The notes under the pieces are model-generated. The model saw only the letters and a list, made by a program, of their open reading frames with translations, had not been told where the DNA came from and did not search any database. Both the position numbers and the translations under genes were made by a program. From Polyangiales bacterium (GTDB lineage: Bacteria > Myxococcota_A > Polyangia > Polyangiales > Ga0077539), in NCBI GenBank assembly GCA_044229975.1, contig JBGARZ010000006.1:1-64000 (forward strand): DNA of 64,000 nt. The letters are read 5' to 3'. This document shows positions 7,928 through 17,713 of the stretch, one piece after another. Within the stretch, counting starts at the first letter, position 1; every line of letters begins with the position of its first letter.

Positions 7928-9286
7928 GTGACCAACGCCCTGGGCACCCTCCGCGACCGGCTGCTCGGCTGGCTGCTGCCCAACGCCAGCGAGGTGCGGG
8001 CGCGCTCGTTCGGGCAGTACTGCGACGCCCGCTTCGACGGCATCACCCGCGCGCTCGCGCTCGGCCTCTTCGTCGGCAGCGTCCTGTGGTGGCCGACGGA
8101 CCTCGTCATCCTGCGCCGCCTGCCGGGGGCGACGGGCCCCTACGCGCGATGGCGGGTGACCGTCGGCGTGGTGACCCTGCTGTACGTGATCGTGCCGCGC
8201 ACGCCGTTCGTCCGGCGGCACGTCCGCGCCCTCTTCGCCGCGCTCACCCTCGTCGGATGCGCGCTCGTCGCGTGGATGCAGGCGCCGCTCGGCGGCCCGG
8301 AGACGCCGTGGTTCCACCTCCTCTACGTGGTGCCCTTCTTCACCCTGCCGCTGCCGCTGCCGCTGCGCGATCGGGTGGCATCCACCGCGGCGCTCTCCGC
8401 GGCCACGCTCGGCGGTTACGTCGTCCCCGTGCCTGCTCACCACGACTCGCCGTTCGTGCCATGGATGGCCAGCTTCTTCGTCGCCACCACGGCGATGAGC
8501 GTGATCTTCGGGCACGCGCTGTTCGAGGCGGTGCGCGAAAACTTCCGCCAGTCCCGCGCCCTCGAAGAGCAGAACGAGCTCCTCGAACGGCGCGTGGCCG
8601 ATCGCACCGACGAGTTGCGACAGCTCGTCGATCACGTCGAGCGGGCTCGCGAGGCGGAGCGCCGGCGGGTCGCCCGCGACCTGCACGACGACCTGGGACA
8701 GGAGCTCGTGGCGCTGCGCTACGCGGTGGCCCGCTGCGACGACCACCGGCGCGACTCCTCGGGCAGCCTGGAGGCCGACCTCCAGGAGGTGCAGGACCAG
8801 GTGAAGCGGATGAGCGCCAGCATGCGCGCGTTGCTCGACGGCCTCCGGCCGGTGGTCCTCGACGAGCTCGGGCTGGTCGCGGCCGCGGAGTGGCTGCTGC
8901 GGGGCACCGAGCGGCGCACGGGCCTCGCGTGTCGGCTGACCCTCGAAGGCAAGGGGCTCGACGCGCTCGACGCCCACCTCGGGGCGGAGGTCTACCGCAT
9001 CGTCCAGGAGTCGATCACCAACGTCGTGCGCCACGCGTCGGCCCGGTCGGTGGAGGTGCGCATCGAAGCGCTCGACGACGCGCTCGACGTCCGCGTGACG
9101 GACGACGGCGTCGGCCTCGGCGACCGACGACCGGACGCTGGTGGGCGCTTCGGGCTCGTCGGGATGCGGGAGCGCGCGGGCGTGCTCGGCGGCACGCTCA
9201 CCTTCCGGTCGCTCCCGGGGGGCGGCACCGAGGTCCACTGTCACCTGCCGATCGTCCGACCACCCGTTGCACAGGAGACGACATGA
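7928..9286 (+). CDS. Membrane sensor histidine kinase (HisKA_3 type)
   Basis: ERRRVARDLHDDLGQ, YRIVQESITNVVRH, DDGVG, FGLVGMRER. Confidence 0.93.
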   Translation: MTNALGTLRDRLLGWLLPNASEVRARSFGQYCDARFDGITRALALGLFVGSVLWWPTDLVILRRLPGATGPYARWRVTVGVVTLLYVIVPRTPFVRRHVRALFAALTLVGCALVAWMQAPLGGPETPWFHLLYVVPFFTLPLPLPLRDRVASTAALSAATLGGYVVPVPAHHDSPFVPWMASFFVATTAMSVIFGHALFEAVRENFRQSRALEEQNELLERRVADRTDELRQLVDHVERAREAERRRVARDLHDDLGQELVALRYAVARCDDHRRDSSGSLEADLQEVQDQVKRMSASMRALLDGLRPVVLDELGLVAAAEWLLRGTERRTGLACRLTLEGKGLDALDAHLGAEVYRIVQESITNVVRHASARSVEVRIEALDDALDVRVTDDGVGLGDRRPDAGGRFGLVGMRERAGVLGGTLTFRSLPGGGTEVHCHLPIVRPPVAQETT

Positions 9287-9903
9287 TTCGCATCTTCCTC
9301 GCCGACGATCACCCGATCGTGCGCCAGGGCGTCCGCCGCACCATCGAGGAGCAGCCCGACATGACGGTCGTGGGCGAGGCGAGCGACGGCTGGCAGGTCC
9401 TCAACGCCGACGACCGCGCCTCGTGGGACGTGCTGGTCCTCGACCTCTCGCTGCCGACCATCAGCGGCATCGAGGTGCTGCGCCGCCTCCACGCCGAGCT
9501 GCCGCGCCTGCGCGTCCTCGTCCTCTCGATGTACGCCGAGGAGCAGTACGCCGGTCGGCTGCTGGCCGAGGGAGCCGCCGGCTACGTGTCGAAGGACGAG
9601 GCCCCCTCGGTGGTGCTGGACGCCATCCGCACGGTCGCGGCCGGGCGGGCGTGGTTCTCGCCCGAGGTGCTCGGCGCGCTGCAACATCGCCGGACGGAGC
9701 AGGCCCACGAGCGGCTGAGCGCGCGCGAGTACCAGGTGTTCACGCTGCTCGTCGCGGGGCGGTCGGTGTCGGAGATCGCGGCCGAGCTGAACGTCTCGGG
9801 GAGCACGGTCAGCAACCACGTGACGAAGATCCGGGAGAAGCTCGGGGCGCGGACGGTGGGGGAGATCATCCGGTACGCGCATCAAGCCGGGTTCCTCTCG
9901 TGA
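9283..9903 (+). CDS. NarL/FixJ-family response regulator (REC + LuxR HTH)
   Basis: MIRIFLADDHPIVRQG, VLDLSLP, LSAREYQVF; ATGA overlap with kinase. Confidence 0.95.
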   Translation: MIRIFLADDHPIVRQGVRRTIEEQPDMTVVGEASDGWQVLNADDRASWDVLVLDLSLPTISGIEVLRRLHAELPRLRVLVLSMYAEEQYAGRLLAEGAAGYVSKDEAPSVVLDAIRTVAAGRAWFSPEVLGALQHRRTEQAHERLSAREYQVFTLLVAGRSVSEIAAELNVSGSTVSNHVTKIREKLGARTVGEIIRYAHQAGFLS

Positions 9904-9997
9904 TCGCCGCCGAGCTCCCGGGCGGGGCGACGTTTGCGCTCGCCGCGGCCGGCGATCCCGCAACGACGTCGCGAACGTCTTCGGGTGTGCTTCGTCC

Positions 9998-11167
9998 TCA
10001 GCCCGGCGTGCGCGTCGGGCAGCCGAAGACGATGCGCACCAGGGCCGTCGAGTTGGCGAGCACGCGGGTGCACGTCGCGCCGTAGAGCACCACCGAGCGC
10101 ATGCCGGTGGAGTAGTCCCATCCGTCGGCGTGGGTGGTGTCGCGCGGGACGAAGCCGTCCGCCCCGCTGATGCTCACGTTGACGCGCGCGGGGTCGACGC
10201 GCGACGGGTCGGCGTCGACCTCGAACTCACAGCTCGCGGTGCGCCCGCGGATGTCACCGAGGGCGTTGACGAGGTCGGCCGCGAAGGTCGTCTCGCCGAG
10301 GGAGTAGTGGCAGTCGTACGCGGGCTGACAGGCCAGGTAGCGCCGCGTGTTGCCCGAGAAGGCCAGGTCGGAGAGGTAGTGGTTGTCCGCGGCCGCGGTG
10401 CCGGCGACGAAGTACTTGAGGGGCGACGGATCGCGGATGCTGCCGAGGAAGGAGGCGCGCACCTCGTTGGCGGCGATGACGCCCCGCTGGTCGCGGCAGG
10501 CGAAGTCGAAGGCGTTGGGGCAGCTCAGGCTGGTGACGCACTCCCCGGTGGGCCGACCGTCGGTGATGAGCACGACGTTGCGCGAGCCGTCGAGGGTGAA
10601 CGAGCGGTAGTAGTTTCGGGTTCCCAGCGCGGCGCAGAGCATGGGCGTACCGCCGATGGGACGCGCACCGTCGAGGGCGCCCAGGATCACCGACCGCGAC
10701 TCGCGGAGCGGCGCGACCGGGACGTTCGGGGTGGCATAGGTCGCCGTGGTGATCGTGGCGCCCGCGGGCGACGAGAACATCGTCAGCCCCACGCGCGTGT
10801 CGTCGTCGAGCTCGGCGAGCAGTCCACGGATGCCCGCCACGGCGCCCGACCATCGGCTCGGCGTCCCCTCCCCCATCGACTCCGAGCGGTCGAGCAGGAG
10901 CAGCAGATTGACCGGTACCCGCCGCGTGGCGGAGACGGCGGTCGCGCACGCCGCGTCGCCGATGAGCAGCGTCCCGCGATCAGCGATGGGGATCGCGTCG
11001 CGCGTGGCCGTCTCGAAGAGGAGCGTCACGTCATCGGGCGCGATCGTGGTGCCGGCGTCCATGGTCGACGGGGTGGATGCCTCGTTGGACGAGCACGCCG
11101 TCAGGACGAGCGCCGCGGCCAACCCGAGGCGCCTGCTCTGCGCGCAGGTCTCTGCAAGGTGTCGCAC
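9998..11167 (-). CDS. vWA-domain lipoprotein
   Basis: Lipobox LTAC; MIDAS LLLDRSESM, GGTP, VLITDGRP; start approximate. Confidence 0.85.
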   Translation of the reverse strand: MRHLAETCAQSRRLGLAAALVLTACSSNEASTPSTMDAGTTIAPDDVTLLFETATRDAIPIADRGTLLIGDAACATAVSATRRVPVNLLLLLDRSESMGEGTPSRWSGAVAGIRGLLAELDDDTRVGLTMFSSPAGATITTATYATPNVPVAPLRESRSVILGALDGARPIGGTPMLCAALGTRNYYRSFTLDGSRNVVLITDGRPTGECVTSLSCPNAFDFACRDQRGVIAANEVRASFLGSIRDPSPLKYFVAGTAAADNHYLSDLAFSGNTRRYLACQPAYDCHYSLGETTFAADLVNALGDIRGRTASCEFEVDADPSRVDPARVNVSISGADGFVPRDTTHADGWDYSTGMRSVVLYGATCTRVLANSTALVRIVFGCPTRTPG

Positions 11168-11273
11168 CTTCCTGCGGACCTCGCCGCGCGCCATGTGGTG
11201 GGGATTGCTCTTCAATCGGGGCATCGTGGTCGCAACGCAGTGCACGACCGGTGCCGTTGAGCTGGCCGAGGTT

Positions 11274-11909
11274 CTACACCTCGGTGCCGCAGAGCCGATC
11301 GAGCCACGGGGAGTTGAGCCCGTAGTTTCCGCGACGACCCGCGTGGTGCTGCGCGTGGCGCGCTGAGCTCAACACGCGACGCCACCAACCGCCCGCCGGA
11401 GCGTCGAGGTGCGACACGACGTTGAGCGCGTAGGCGCCCGCGAAGACGAAGACCAGCGTCTCGACGGAGACCGCGTGGAAGAAGTGCGACGCCAGCGCGA
11501 GCGGAACATAGAAGCCGCTCGACAGCACGGCGGTCTCGACGGCGCCGAAGCAGAGCGACGGGTGCAGCCCTGTCGAGGCGTGGTGCGGTCGATGGAAGCG
11601 GTAGAGCACTCGCGTGTGCAGCAGCCGGTGCCCGACGTAGAACCAGACCTCCCACCAGACGAGACCGATCGCGAGCGTGACGGCCGTGCGCGACGCCGAG
11701 AACGCCGACAGCCGCACGACCCCGAGCGAGAGCGCCGCGGTGAGCATGAGCGCCTCGGCGCCGACGAACTCGACGAGGTAGCGAAGGCCCTTCCGATCGA
11801 GGCGGACGCGCGTCGAAGCGCGGGCGACGACGAAGGCGCCGAGGATGACGAGGTGCCCCGCGAGGAAGGAGGAGGCGGCGACGGCGAAGAGGTTCAGCGG
11901 GCTCGACAT
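11274..11909 (-). CDS. Sterol desaturase / fatty acid hydroxylase family protein
   Basis: His boxes HRLLH, HRPHH, SH, HAQHH and GNYG. Confidence 0.88.
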   Translation of the reverse strand: MSSPLNLFAVAASSFLAGHLVILGAFVVARASTRVRLDRKGLRYLVEFVGAEALMLTAALSLGVVRLSAFSASRTAVTLAIGLVWWEVWFYVGHRLLHTRVLYRFHRPHHASTGLHPSLCFGAVETAVLSSGFYVPLALASHFFHAVSVETLVFVFAGAYALNVVSHLDAPAGGWWRRVLSSARHAQHHAGRRGNYGLNSPWLDRLCGTEV

Positions 11910-12009
11910 GGGACCGACGGCGAAGGGGACGCGCACCGAGGCGCCCGAGTATCAACCCGTGGGGCAAGGCGAGGCCAGCGTCACGGGGCATCGGCGCCCG
12001 CGAGCGGCG

Positions 12010-12111
12010 CGCGTCACCCCACATCGTTACGCGAGCGGCCGTGCCCTCCGCTTCGCTCGGCGTGAGGTGTGCCGGGTCGGCGTGAGTGACGCTACCGATC
12101 GACCGACACCG
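12010..12111. repeat. ~100-bp direct repeat of 14474-14575
   Basis: CGCGTCACCCC(A/G)CATCGTT(A/G)CGCGAGCGGC...GACGCTACCGATCGACCG aligns without gaps. Confidence 0.85.
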
Positions 12112-12120
12112 ACGGATGGA

Positions 12121-12891
12121 TCAGCAGTCGTCGACCGTGCACCGCCCCACGCAGGCGGTCTGCGCCGACGAGCAGTTGAGCGCGGTGCCCGCATCGGCGC
12201 CGCTCGCGCAGGTGCCCTCGCATCGGCTGCCGCAGCTCATCTCGGTCTCGTCGCACGCGGTTCGGCATCTGCCGCTCGTCGTGGTGCAACCTTCGGTGCA
12301 GAGGCCGCAGGCCGCGAGGCAGGCCGTGCGCTGGGCGGCGGGCAGCGTGTTGCAACTCGCGAAGCACGACGAGAGGCTGGGGCAGCGCGCCAGGCAGGTC
12401 CCGAGCGTTCCGCTGCAGGTCAGCCGACACGCCGTGCCGGTCATGTCACAGCCGCGCCCACAGGTCTCCGCGCAGGCGACGCAGCGCGTGCGCCCCTCGT
12501 CACAGGCCGTGACGCAGGCGGGCGACGGACCACACTGGACATCACGCGTCGGCACGTCGACGACCGGGAGGACGTCGGGCGCGGACGCGGCGTCGGATGC
12601 GTCGACGACGAACACATCATCGCTGGCGCGAACGTCTTCGGTCACCGCGTCAGGCGCGCCCGACGCGACATCGCGTCCGACGTCCGGGGTGTTGACGTCG
12701 ACCGGCACGCTCGCGGCGTCCTTCGTCGTCGGAGCATCGTCGGCCGCGCCCGCGTCGGTCGTGGGGGGGTTCACGGCGCCGTCGGTCCCCGGTGCGCCGT
12801 TCGGGTCGGGGCTGCCGCACCCTGCCAGCACGAACAGGATCGTGAGGCTCCCTGCGATGCAGTGCAGTGAGCGAGGCGGACGGCTCGACAT
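12121..12891 (-). CDS. Cys-rich lipoprotein (CxxxC repeats)
   Basis: Lipobox LAGC; D-rich linker; C-terminal CxxxC periodicity. Confidence 0.78.
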   Translation of the reverse strand: MSSRPPRSLHCIAGSLTILFVLAGCGSPDPNGAPGTDGAVNPPTTDAGAADDAPTTKDAASVPVDVNTPDVGRDVASGAPDAVTEDVRASDDVFVVDASDAASAPDVLPVVDVPTRDVQCGPSPACVTACDEGRTRCVACAETCGRGCDMTGTACRLTCSGTLGTCLARCPSLSSCFASCNTLPAAQRTACLAACGLCTEGCTTTSGRCRTACDETEMSCGSRCEGTCASGADAGTALNCSSAQTACVGRCTVDDC

Positions 12892-12894
12892 GGT

Positions 12895-12938
12895 TCTCTC
12901 CTCCAGCGCGTGCCGTGGCGCACGCGCTGGAGGAGAGA
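12895..12938 (-). promoter_or_regulatory. Perfect 19-bp hairpin covering the Shine-Dalgarno of the 12121-12891 gene
   Basis: TCTCTCCTCCAGCGCGTGC / 6-nt loop / GCACGCGCTGGAGGAGAGA; ATG follows 3 nt after the stem on the minus strand. Confidence 0.6.
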
Positions 12939-13232
12939 TAGATCGTCACTGATCCGACCGCAGCGGCAGACGCACCAAACAATGCTTTGCACCGATGGGT
13001 CGGCCGCGCGCGCTCGTGAGATCGCGCGAGCGGGCACTCCGCCGACGAGCGCGTGCCCCTACCGATGATGTCCCCGCGGCGGTCACGCATCTGTCGACGC
13101 GAAGGCAGACGCGGGCACCCAGAGCCTGAATGTCTGCCGGGCCGCACGCATCGCAGGGTGCCGTGGCTGATCGCGGGCGGGTGTCATCCTGACGCCGTCG
13201 GCTCGTCACGCATTGATGCGAGAGGAGAGGTC

Positions 13233-13637
13233 ATGGGAGGCGTGAGGCGTCATGCGCCCTGGTGGGTGCTTTGCGTGTTTGGGTCGGCGTGCGCGCAGGT
13301 GGCGGGTGAGTCCTCGTCGGAGGACACGACGAACTCGACGAGCCCGACGAGCTCCACAAGCACGACGGAGTCGGCGCGCTCCGACGCCGTGGGCGGCGCC
13401 TCGTTCACCTGCACGGGCGGCGTCGATCCTGCGTTGCGCTGTACGACCAACGTCCAGTACTGCGAGCAGACCACCGACGGCAGCACGTCGATCGCCGCCC
13501 GATGCGTGGCGCTCCCGGCGACCTGCTACGACGACCCCTGCGACACCTGCCTGAGCCGAGGACGCGACGAGATCGTCGCCTGCCGCTCCACCCGTTTCCA
13601 GGCGGTTCGCCAGACGACCGTGACGGTCCGCCACTGA
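13233..13637 (+). CDS. Small Cys-rich putative lipoprotein
   Basis: Signal ending GSAC, S/T-rich linker, Cys-rich C-terminus. Confidence 0.6.
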   Translation: MGGVRRHAPWWVLCVFGSACAQVAGESSSEDTTNSTSPTSSTSTTESARSDAVGGASFTCTGGVDPALRCTTNVQYCEQTTDGSTSIAARCVALPATCYDDPCDTCLSRGRDEIVACRSTRFQAVRQTTVTVRH

Positions 13638-13817
13638 GCGCACGGAGGCTCTCCCGTCGGGCGCTGCGTTCTTCTCGGTGATTCACACGAGCGCCCGCTG
13701 TGGCTCGCCCACTGGGACGACGATCACCCGCGGGTTCAAGCGCTGCTTCCGCTGTGACGGTCGACCGCTCGCGGCCACTCCGCCGACGAGCGCGCCTCCG
13801 GCCCGTCGCGCGTGCCC

Positions 13818-14024
13818 CTACCGATCGACCGTCACCGCGCTCCCGCGTGACCGCACCCGCCGATACCCGTAGCGCCTGAAACACCCCCACCGGGACCCTC
13901 CGCCTCCACCACGAAGCGCGTCGCCCGCTCCGAGGTCGCGCGCCACGCCCGGCAGCCACGGCAGCCGCCGATCGACGCCCCACTCGCGCAGCCACCGCGA
14001 CGCCGTCATCCGCGCGTCGCTCAC
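13818..14024 (-). pseudogene. Degenerate duplicate of the 3' end of the 14556-15689 gene
   Basis: Closely matches 14556-14759 with small indels (VSDARMTASRWLREWGVDR...AVTVDR*). Confidence 0.88.
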
Positions 14025-14058
14025 GAGGTCGACTGAACATTGGCGGGCGACGGTTGAG

Positions 14059-14445
14059 CTACGAGACGGCGTAGCCCGTCGCTGCGCGGCGACCGGGTGA
14101 CTTGAACGCGAGCACGATGCGGTCGGCCGGCACGCCGCCCTCGACGAGGTCGGGGGCGATGCCGGTCTCCGTCTGGTCGTGCTGGATCCAGAGCTTGCCG
14201 TCGATGATGTCCACGTGGGCGAGCGTCGAGTGCATGTGGTGGCGCCCGTCCCACCCGACGGCGACCAGCAGATAGCGATCGCGCGTACGGTCAAACACGG
14301 CCTCGAAGCGCAGCGACGACTCTGCGCGCGGACGACGCTCCCACTCGGACAGGACCTTCGTCAGCGCGTCGCGATAGCGGTCTAGCGACTCATCCGCGAC
14401 GAGCGCGGCGCGAACCTCGTCGTGATCGCGGTCGTGGGCGGGCAC
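14059..14445 (-). CDS. xisI: XisI family protein
   Basis: FDRTRDRYLLVAVGWDG...HVDIIDGKLWIQHDQTETGIA..LVEGGVPADRIVLAF; start uncertain. Confidence 0.88.
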   Translation of the reverse strand: MPAHDRDHDEVRAALVADESLDRYRDALTKVLSEWERRPRAESSLRFEAVFDRTRDRYLLVAVGWDGRHHMHSTLAHVDIIDGKLWIQHDQTETGIAPDLVEGGVPADRIVLAFKSPGRRAATGYAVS

Positions 14446-14555
14446 GTCGTTCAGCGTATCGCTGCCGCTGCCACGCGTCACCCCGCATCGTTGCGCGAGC
14501 GGCTGCGCCCTCCGCGTCGCTCCGAGTGAGTCGCGTCGAGTCAGCGAAAGAGACG

Positions 14556-15689
14556 CTACCGATCGACCGTCACCGCGCTCCCGCGCGAGCGCACCCGCCG
14601 ATACCCCAGCGCCTGAAACACCCCCATCGGGACCCACTGCTCCACCACGAAGCGCGTCGCCCGCTCGGGGTCGCGCGCCACGCCCGGCAGCCACGGCAGC
14701 AGCCGATCGACGCCCCACTCGCGCAGCCACCGCGACGCCGTCATCCGCGCGTCGCTCACCTCTCTGCCCCAGAAGAACCCGTCGCTCCCCTTCGCTTGAT
14801 ACAGCGGGAGAATCACCACCCCGTTGTGCGGCGCCACGATGTCCCCGCGCCGGTCGCGCGCCAGCACCTGCCCGACGCCCGCGCGGTCGATGTTGCGAAA
14901 CCCCGGCTCCATCCGGAAGCCGTCCTCGTCGGTGATCGCGCGGCGCGACACCACCTCCAGCACCCGCGGCAGATCACCCCGCTGCGCGTCGAGCAGCACA
15001 CGCCCCGCGCGCACCTCCGGCAGCGCCGCGCCGTCGATCATCCCCGCGCGATCGAGCGCCAGCCACAGCACCGCTTCGAGACTATCCACGGACGCCTCGG
15101 CCGCGTGCTGCCCGCCCTCCACGGTGAACGTCACGCACCCGCGACGGGTCCAGTACTCGCTGAGCGCGCCGTCGATCTGCTCCTCCAACCCGATGATGAC
15201 CGGCAGCGGAAACGCGCCCACGAAGCTCCGCTGCGCCAGCGTGTCCCCAAACAACACGAACGGAACCCCCGCCGCGCTCGACGTGTGCAGATCGGCCAGG
15301 TGCATCTTCCCGCGCGCCCTCGCCATCGCGCCCTCGATCGCGCCCAGCAGCTCCACCTGCTCGCGGTCTTCGGCGTCGCGCTCGCCTTCCGACATCGCGC
15401 GCACCGCCGCGACGTGCGCTTCGCTCCATTGCCGGTTGAGGTCCTTGCCCGCGTAGCGCGCGCCCTGCCGCAGCGCCCCGACGTTGCCCGCAAACACCAC
15501 CAGCTCGCCGCGCAGCACCACGTCGCCGCGCTCCAACCGCGCGAACACCCGCCGCGCCGCCGCGATGCCCGCCGGCTCGTTGCCGTGGATGCCCGCCACC
15601 GCCACGAGCGTCGGGCCCGCGGTGTCGCCCACCACGCGCCCGATCTCGCGTCGGTCGATCTCTATTTGATGGGGTTCAGCGTCTCGCAT
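14556..15689 (-). CDS. Succinylglutamate desuccinylase/aspartoacylase (M14) family
   Basis: GIHGNE, DLNR, DLHT, VEGGQH. Confidence 0.88.
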   Translation of the reverse strand: MRDAEPHQIEIDRREIGRVVGDTAGPTLVAVAGIHGNEPAGIAAARRVFARLERGDVVLRGELVVFAGNVGALRQGARYAGKDLNRQWSEAHVAAVRAMSEGERDAEDREQVELLGAIEGAMARARGKMHLADLHTSSAAGVPFVLFGDTLAQRSFVGAFPLPVIIGLEEQIDGALSEYWTRRGCVTFTVEGGQHAAEASVDSLEAVLWLALDRAGMIDGAALPEVRAGRVLLDAQRGDLPRVLEVVSRRAITDEDGFRMEPGFRNIDRAGVGQVLARDRRGDIVAPHNGVVILPLYQAKGSDGFFWGREVSDARMTASRWLREWGVDRLLPWLPGVARDPERATRFVVEQWVPMGVFQALGYRRVRSRGSAVTVDR

Positions 15690-15729
15690 CGCTCGTGGAG
15701 CCGCGTCTCTAGCACACGCCCCCGAGGCG

Positions 15730-17700
15730 TCACCCTTCCGGCGGAACCGAGTCCGGCCCCGCGTCGTCGCCCGCCAGCACCTTCGACGCGAGCCCGACGA
15801 AGTCCTCCTCCGTCAGCACCGCCACGATGTGCCCGTCCTGCACCACCGGCAGGCACCCGATGCGGTGCTTCTTCATCAGCGCCGTCGCCTCCAGCGTGCG
15901 CGTGTCCGGCGTCACCGTCACCAGGTCACGCCGCATGATCTCCGACACCGGAACGCTCTCCGCCCCCGCCTCGCGCGGCAGCTTCGCCAGATCGGCGAGG
16001 TGCCGTAACACCACCCGCTGCGACACGAGCCCGACCAGCCTCCCCTTGTCGTCTTCCACCGGAACATACCGGATGCGCTCCCAGCTCATCAGGTCGGCCA
16101 CGAGCTCGACCGGGTCGTCGGGCTGCACCGTGAAGATGTCCGTGGTCATGTACTGCGACACCTTGTGATACCCGGTGCGCGCGCTGTCGTTCTCGTTGAT
16201 GTTCGCGAGCTCCCAGTCGCTCACCACCGCGTCGGACTTCTGCCGCGCGATGATCGCCGCCGTCAGCGCCGTCAGCCGCGCGCCGGGCGTCCCCTGGTCC
16301 TTCATGCCCGCGAGCGAGTCGAGCGTCCAACGCGACCCCGTGCGCAGCGAGCGCACCCGCCGATCGAGGATGTCGAGGTACCGCGCGCTGTCCTTCTCGT
16401 CGACCCCAGCGCGGTCGAGGCCCGCCTTCGCCATCGGCAACAACCGATCGAGCAGCAGCGTCTGCGCGAGCACCTCCTCGCCGTCGAACCACCGCAGCCG
16501 CGCGCCCAGGCCATCCCGCGCCGCCGCGTAGAGGTTCGCCCGCGCGTGGACGAAATCCACCCGCCCCGCGATGTCATCCACCGTCGCGCCGAGCTCGCTC
16601 ATCAGGCCGAGCCACAGCGCGCTGCTCGCCACTTCGTCCGCGATGGTCGGGCCCGACGGCAGCACCCGCAGCTCGATGCGCAGGTGCGGCTTGCCGTTTT
16701 CGGAGATGCCGTAACAGGCGCGGTTCCAGCGGTAGATGGTCCCGTTGTGGAGGCGCAGCGCCTTCATGTCCGGCACGCGGCCGTTGTCGAGCGCGGTGAG
16801 GCCGTCCTCTTCGAGCTCGGTGCCCACGAGGGCGCGGAAGCGCGCGACGTTTTCCTTGTAGAGGTCGGTGACGTCGCCGTGCAGCCAGTCGCGCCCGAAG
16901 GACACACGACCGGCGGATTCGCGCAGGTGCATGCCCGGCGTGCGGATGTCACAGGCCTGCTCGAAGAGCGCGATGCGGGTCTCGGCCCAGAGCCGTCGAC
17001 CGAAGAGAACGGGCGAGTTGGTGGAGGCCGCGAGCACCGGCGCGAGCAGGAGCTGCGCGAGGTTGTAGTAGTGGGCGAAGCGCTCCGGCTCGGCGAGCTG
17101 GAGGTGCGTCTGGAAGCTCGCGTTGCACGCCTCGACCATCACCGAGTCGTGCTTGACCACGAGCTCGTCGAGGCCGCGGATGGAGAAGTCGAAGGCCTCG
17201 CCGCGCGCGAACTTCATCGCCCGGCTGAGCGTGAGGTACCGCGGGTTGGGGACCATGTTGTCGAGGCCGAGGTCGGTCTTGCCGATGGTCGGCAGGATGC
17301 CCGCGAGCACCGGGCTCAGCTCCAGGTCGGCGGCGACCGAGCGCACCTTCGCGTAGAGGGCCGTGAGCTGGTCTTCCATCGCGCGCAGACCGCCGCCCGC
17401 GAAGGGCTGCGGGTCGGCGTTGATCTCCAGGTTGAAGAGGCCGAGCTCGGTGGTGAAGTGCGGGTCGTTGGCGCGCTCCAGCACCTTCAGCGCGCCGGGC
17501 GCGGGGTGGTAGGCGCGGTCGACGAGGAAGAGTTCCTGCTCGGCGCCGATGCGGGAGACGCCGCGCTCGAAGGCGTCTTCTTCGACCATGCGCTCCATGG
17601 CGCGCAGGTCGGTGAGCAGCGAGCGCATGAAGCTACGCCGCGACGACCCTTCGAGCTGACCATCGATGTGCTTGTGGTTCCGGGTGTCCTGGCCGCTCAT
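15730..17700 (-). CDS. Glutamate-cysteine ligase (GCS2)-like ligase with C-terminal CBS pair
   Basis: IGAEQELFLVD, TELGLFNLEIN, LHNGTIYRWNR, HLRIELR; two CBS repeats. Confidence 0.9.
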   Translation of the reverse strand: MSGQDTRNHKHIDGQLEGSSRRSFMRSLLTDLRAMERMVEEDAFERGVSRIGAEQELFLVDRAYHPAPGALKVLERANDPHFTTELGLFNLEINADPQPFAGGGLRAMEDQLTALYAKVRSVAADLELSPVLAGILPTIGKTDLGLDNMVPNPRYLTLSRAMKFARGEAFDFSIRGLDELVVKHDSVMVEACNASFQTHLQLAEPERFAHYYNLAQLLLAPVLAASTNSPVLFGRRLWAETRIALFEQACDIRTPGMHLRESAGRVSFGRDWLHGDVTDLYKENVARFRALVGTELEEDGLTALDNGRVPDMKALRLHNGTIYRWNRACYGISENGKPHLRIELRVLPSGPTIADEVASSALWLGLMSELGATVDDIAGRVDFVHARANLYAAARDGLGARLRWFDGEEVLAQTLLLDRLLPMAKAGLDRAGVDEKDSARYLDILDRRVRSLRTGSRWTLDSLAGMKDQGTPGARLTALTAAIIARQKSDAVVSDWELANINENDSARTGYHKVSQYMTTDIFTVQPDDPVELVADLMSWERIRYVPVEDDKGRLVGLVSQRVVLRHLADLAKLPREAGAESVPVSEIMRRDLVTVTPDTRTLEATALMKKHRIGCLPVVQDGHIVAVLTEEDFVGLASKVLAGDDAGPDSVPPEG

Positions 17701-17713
17701 GTCTGGTGTCCCT

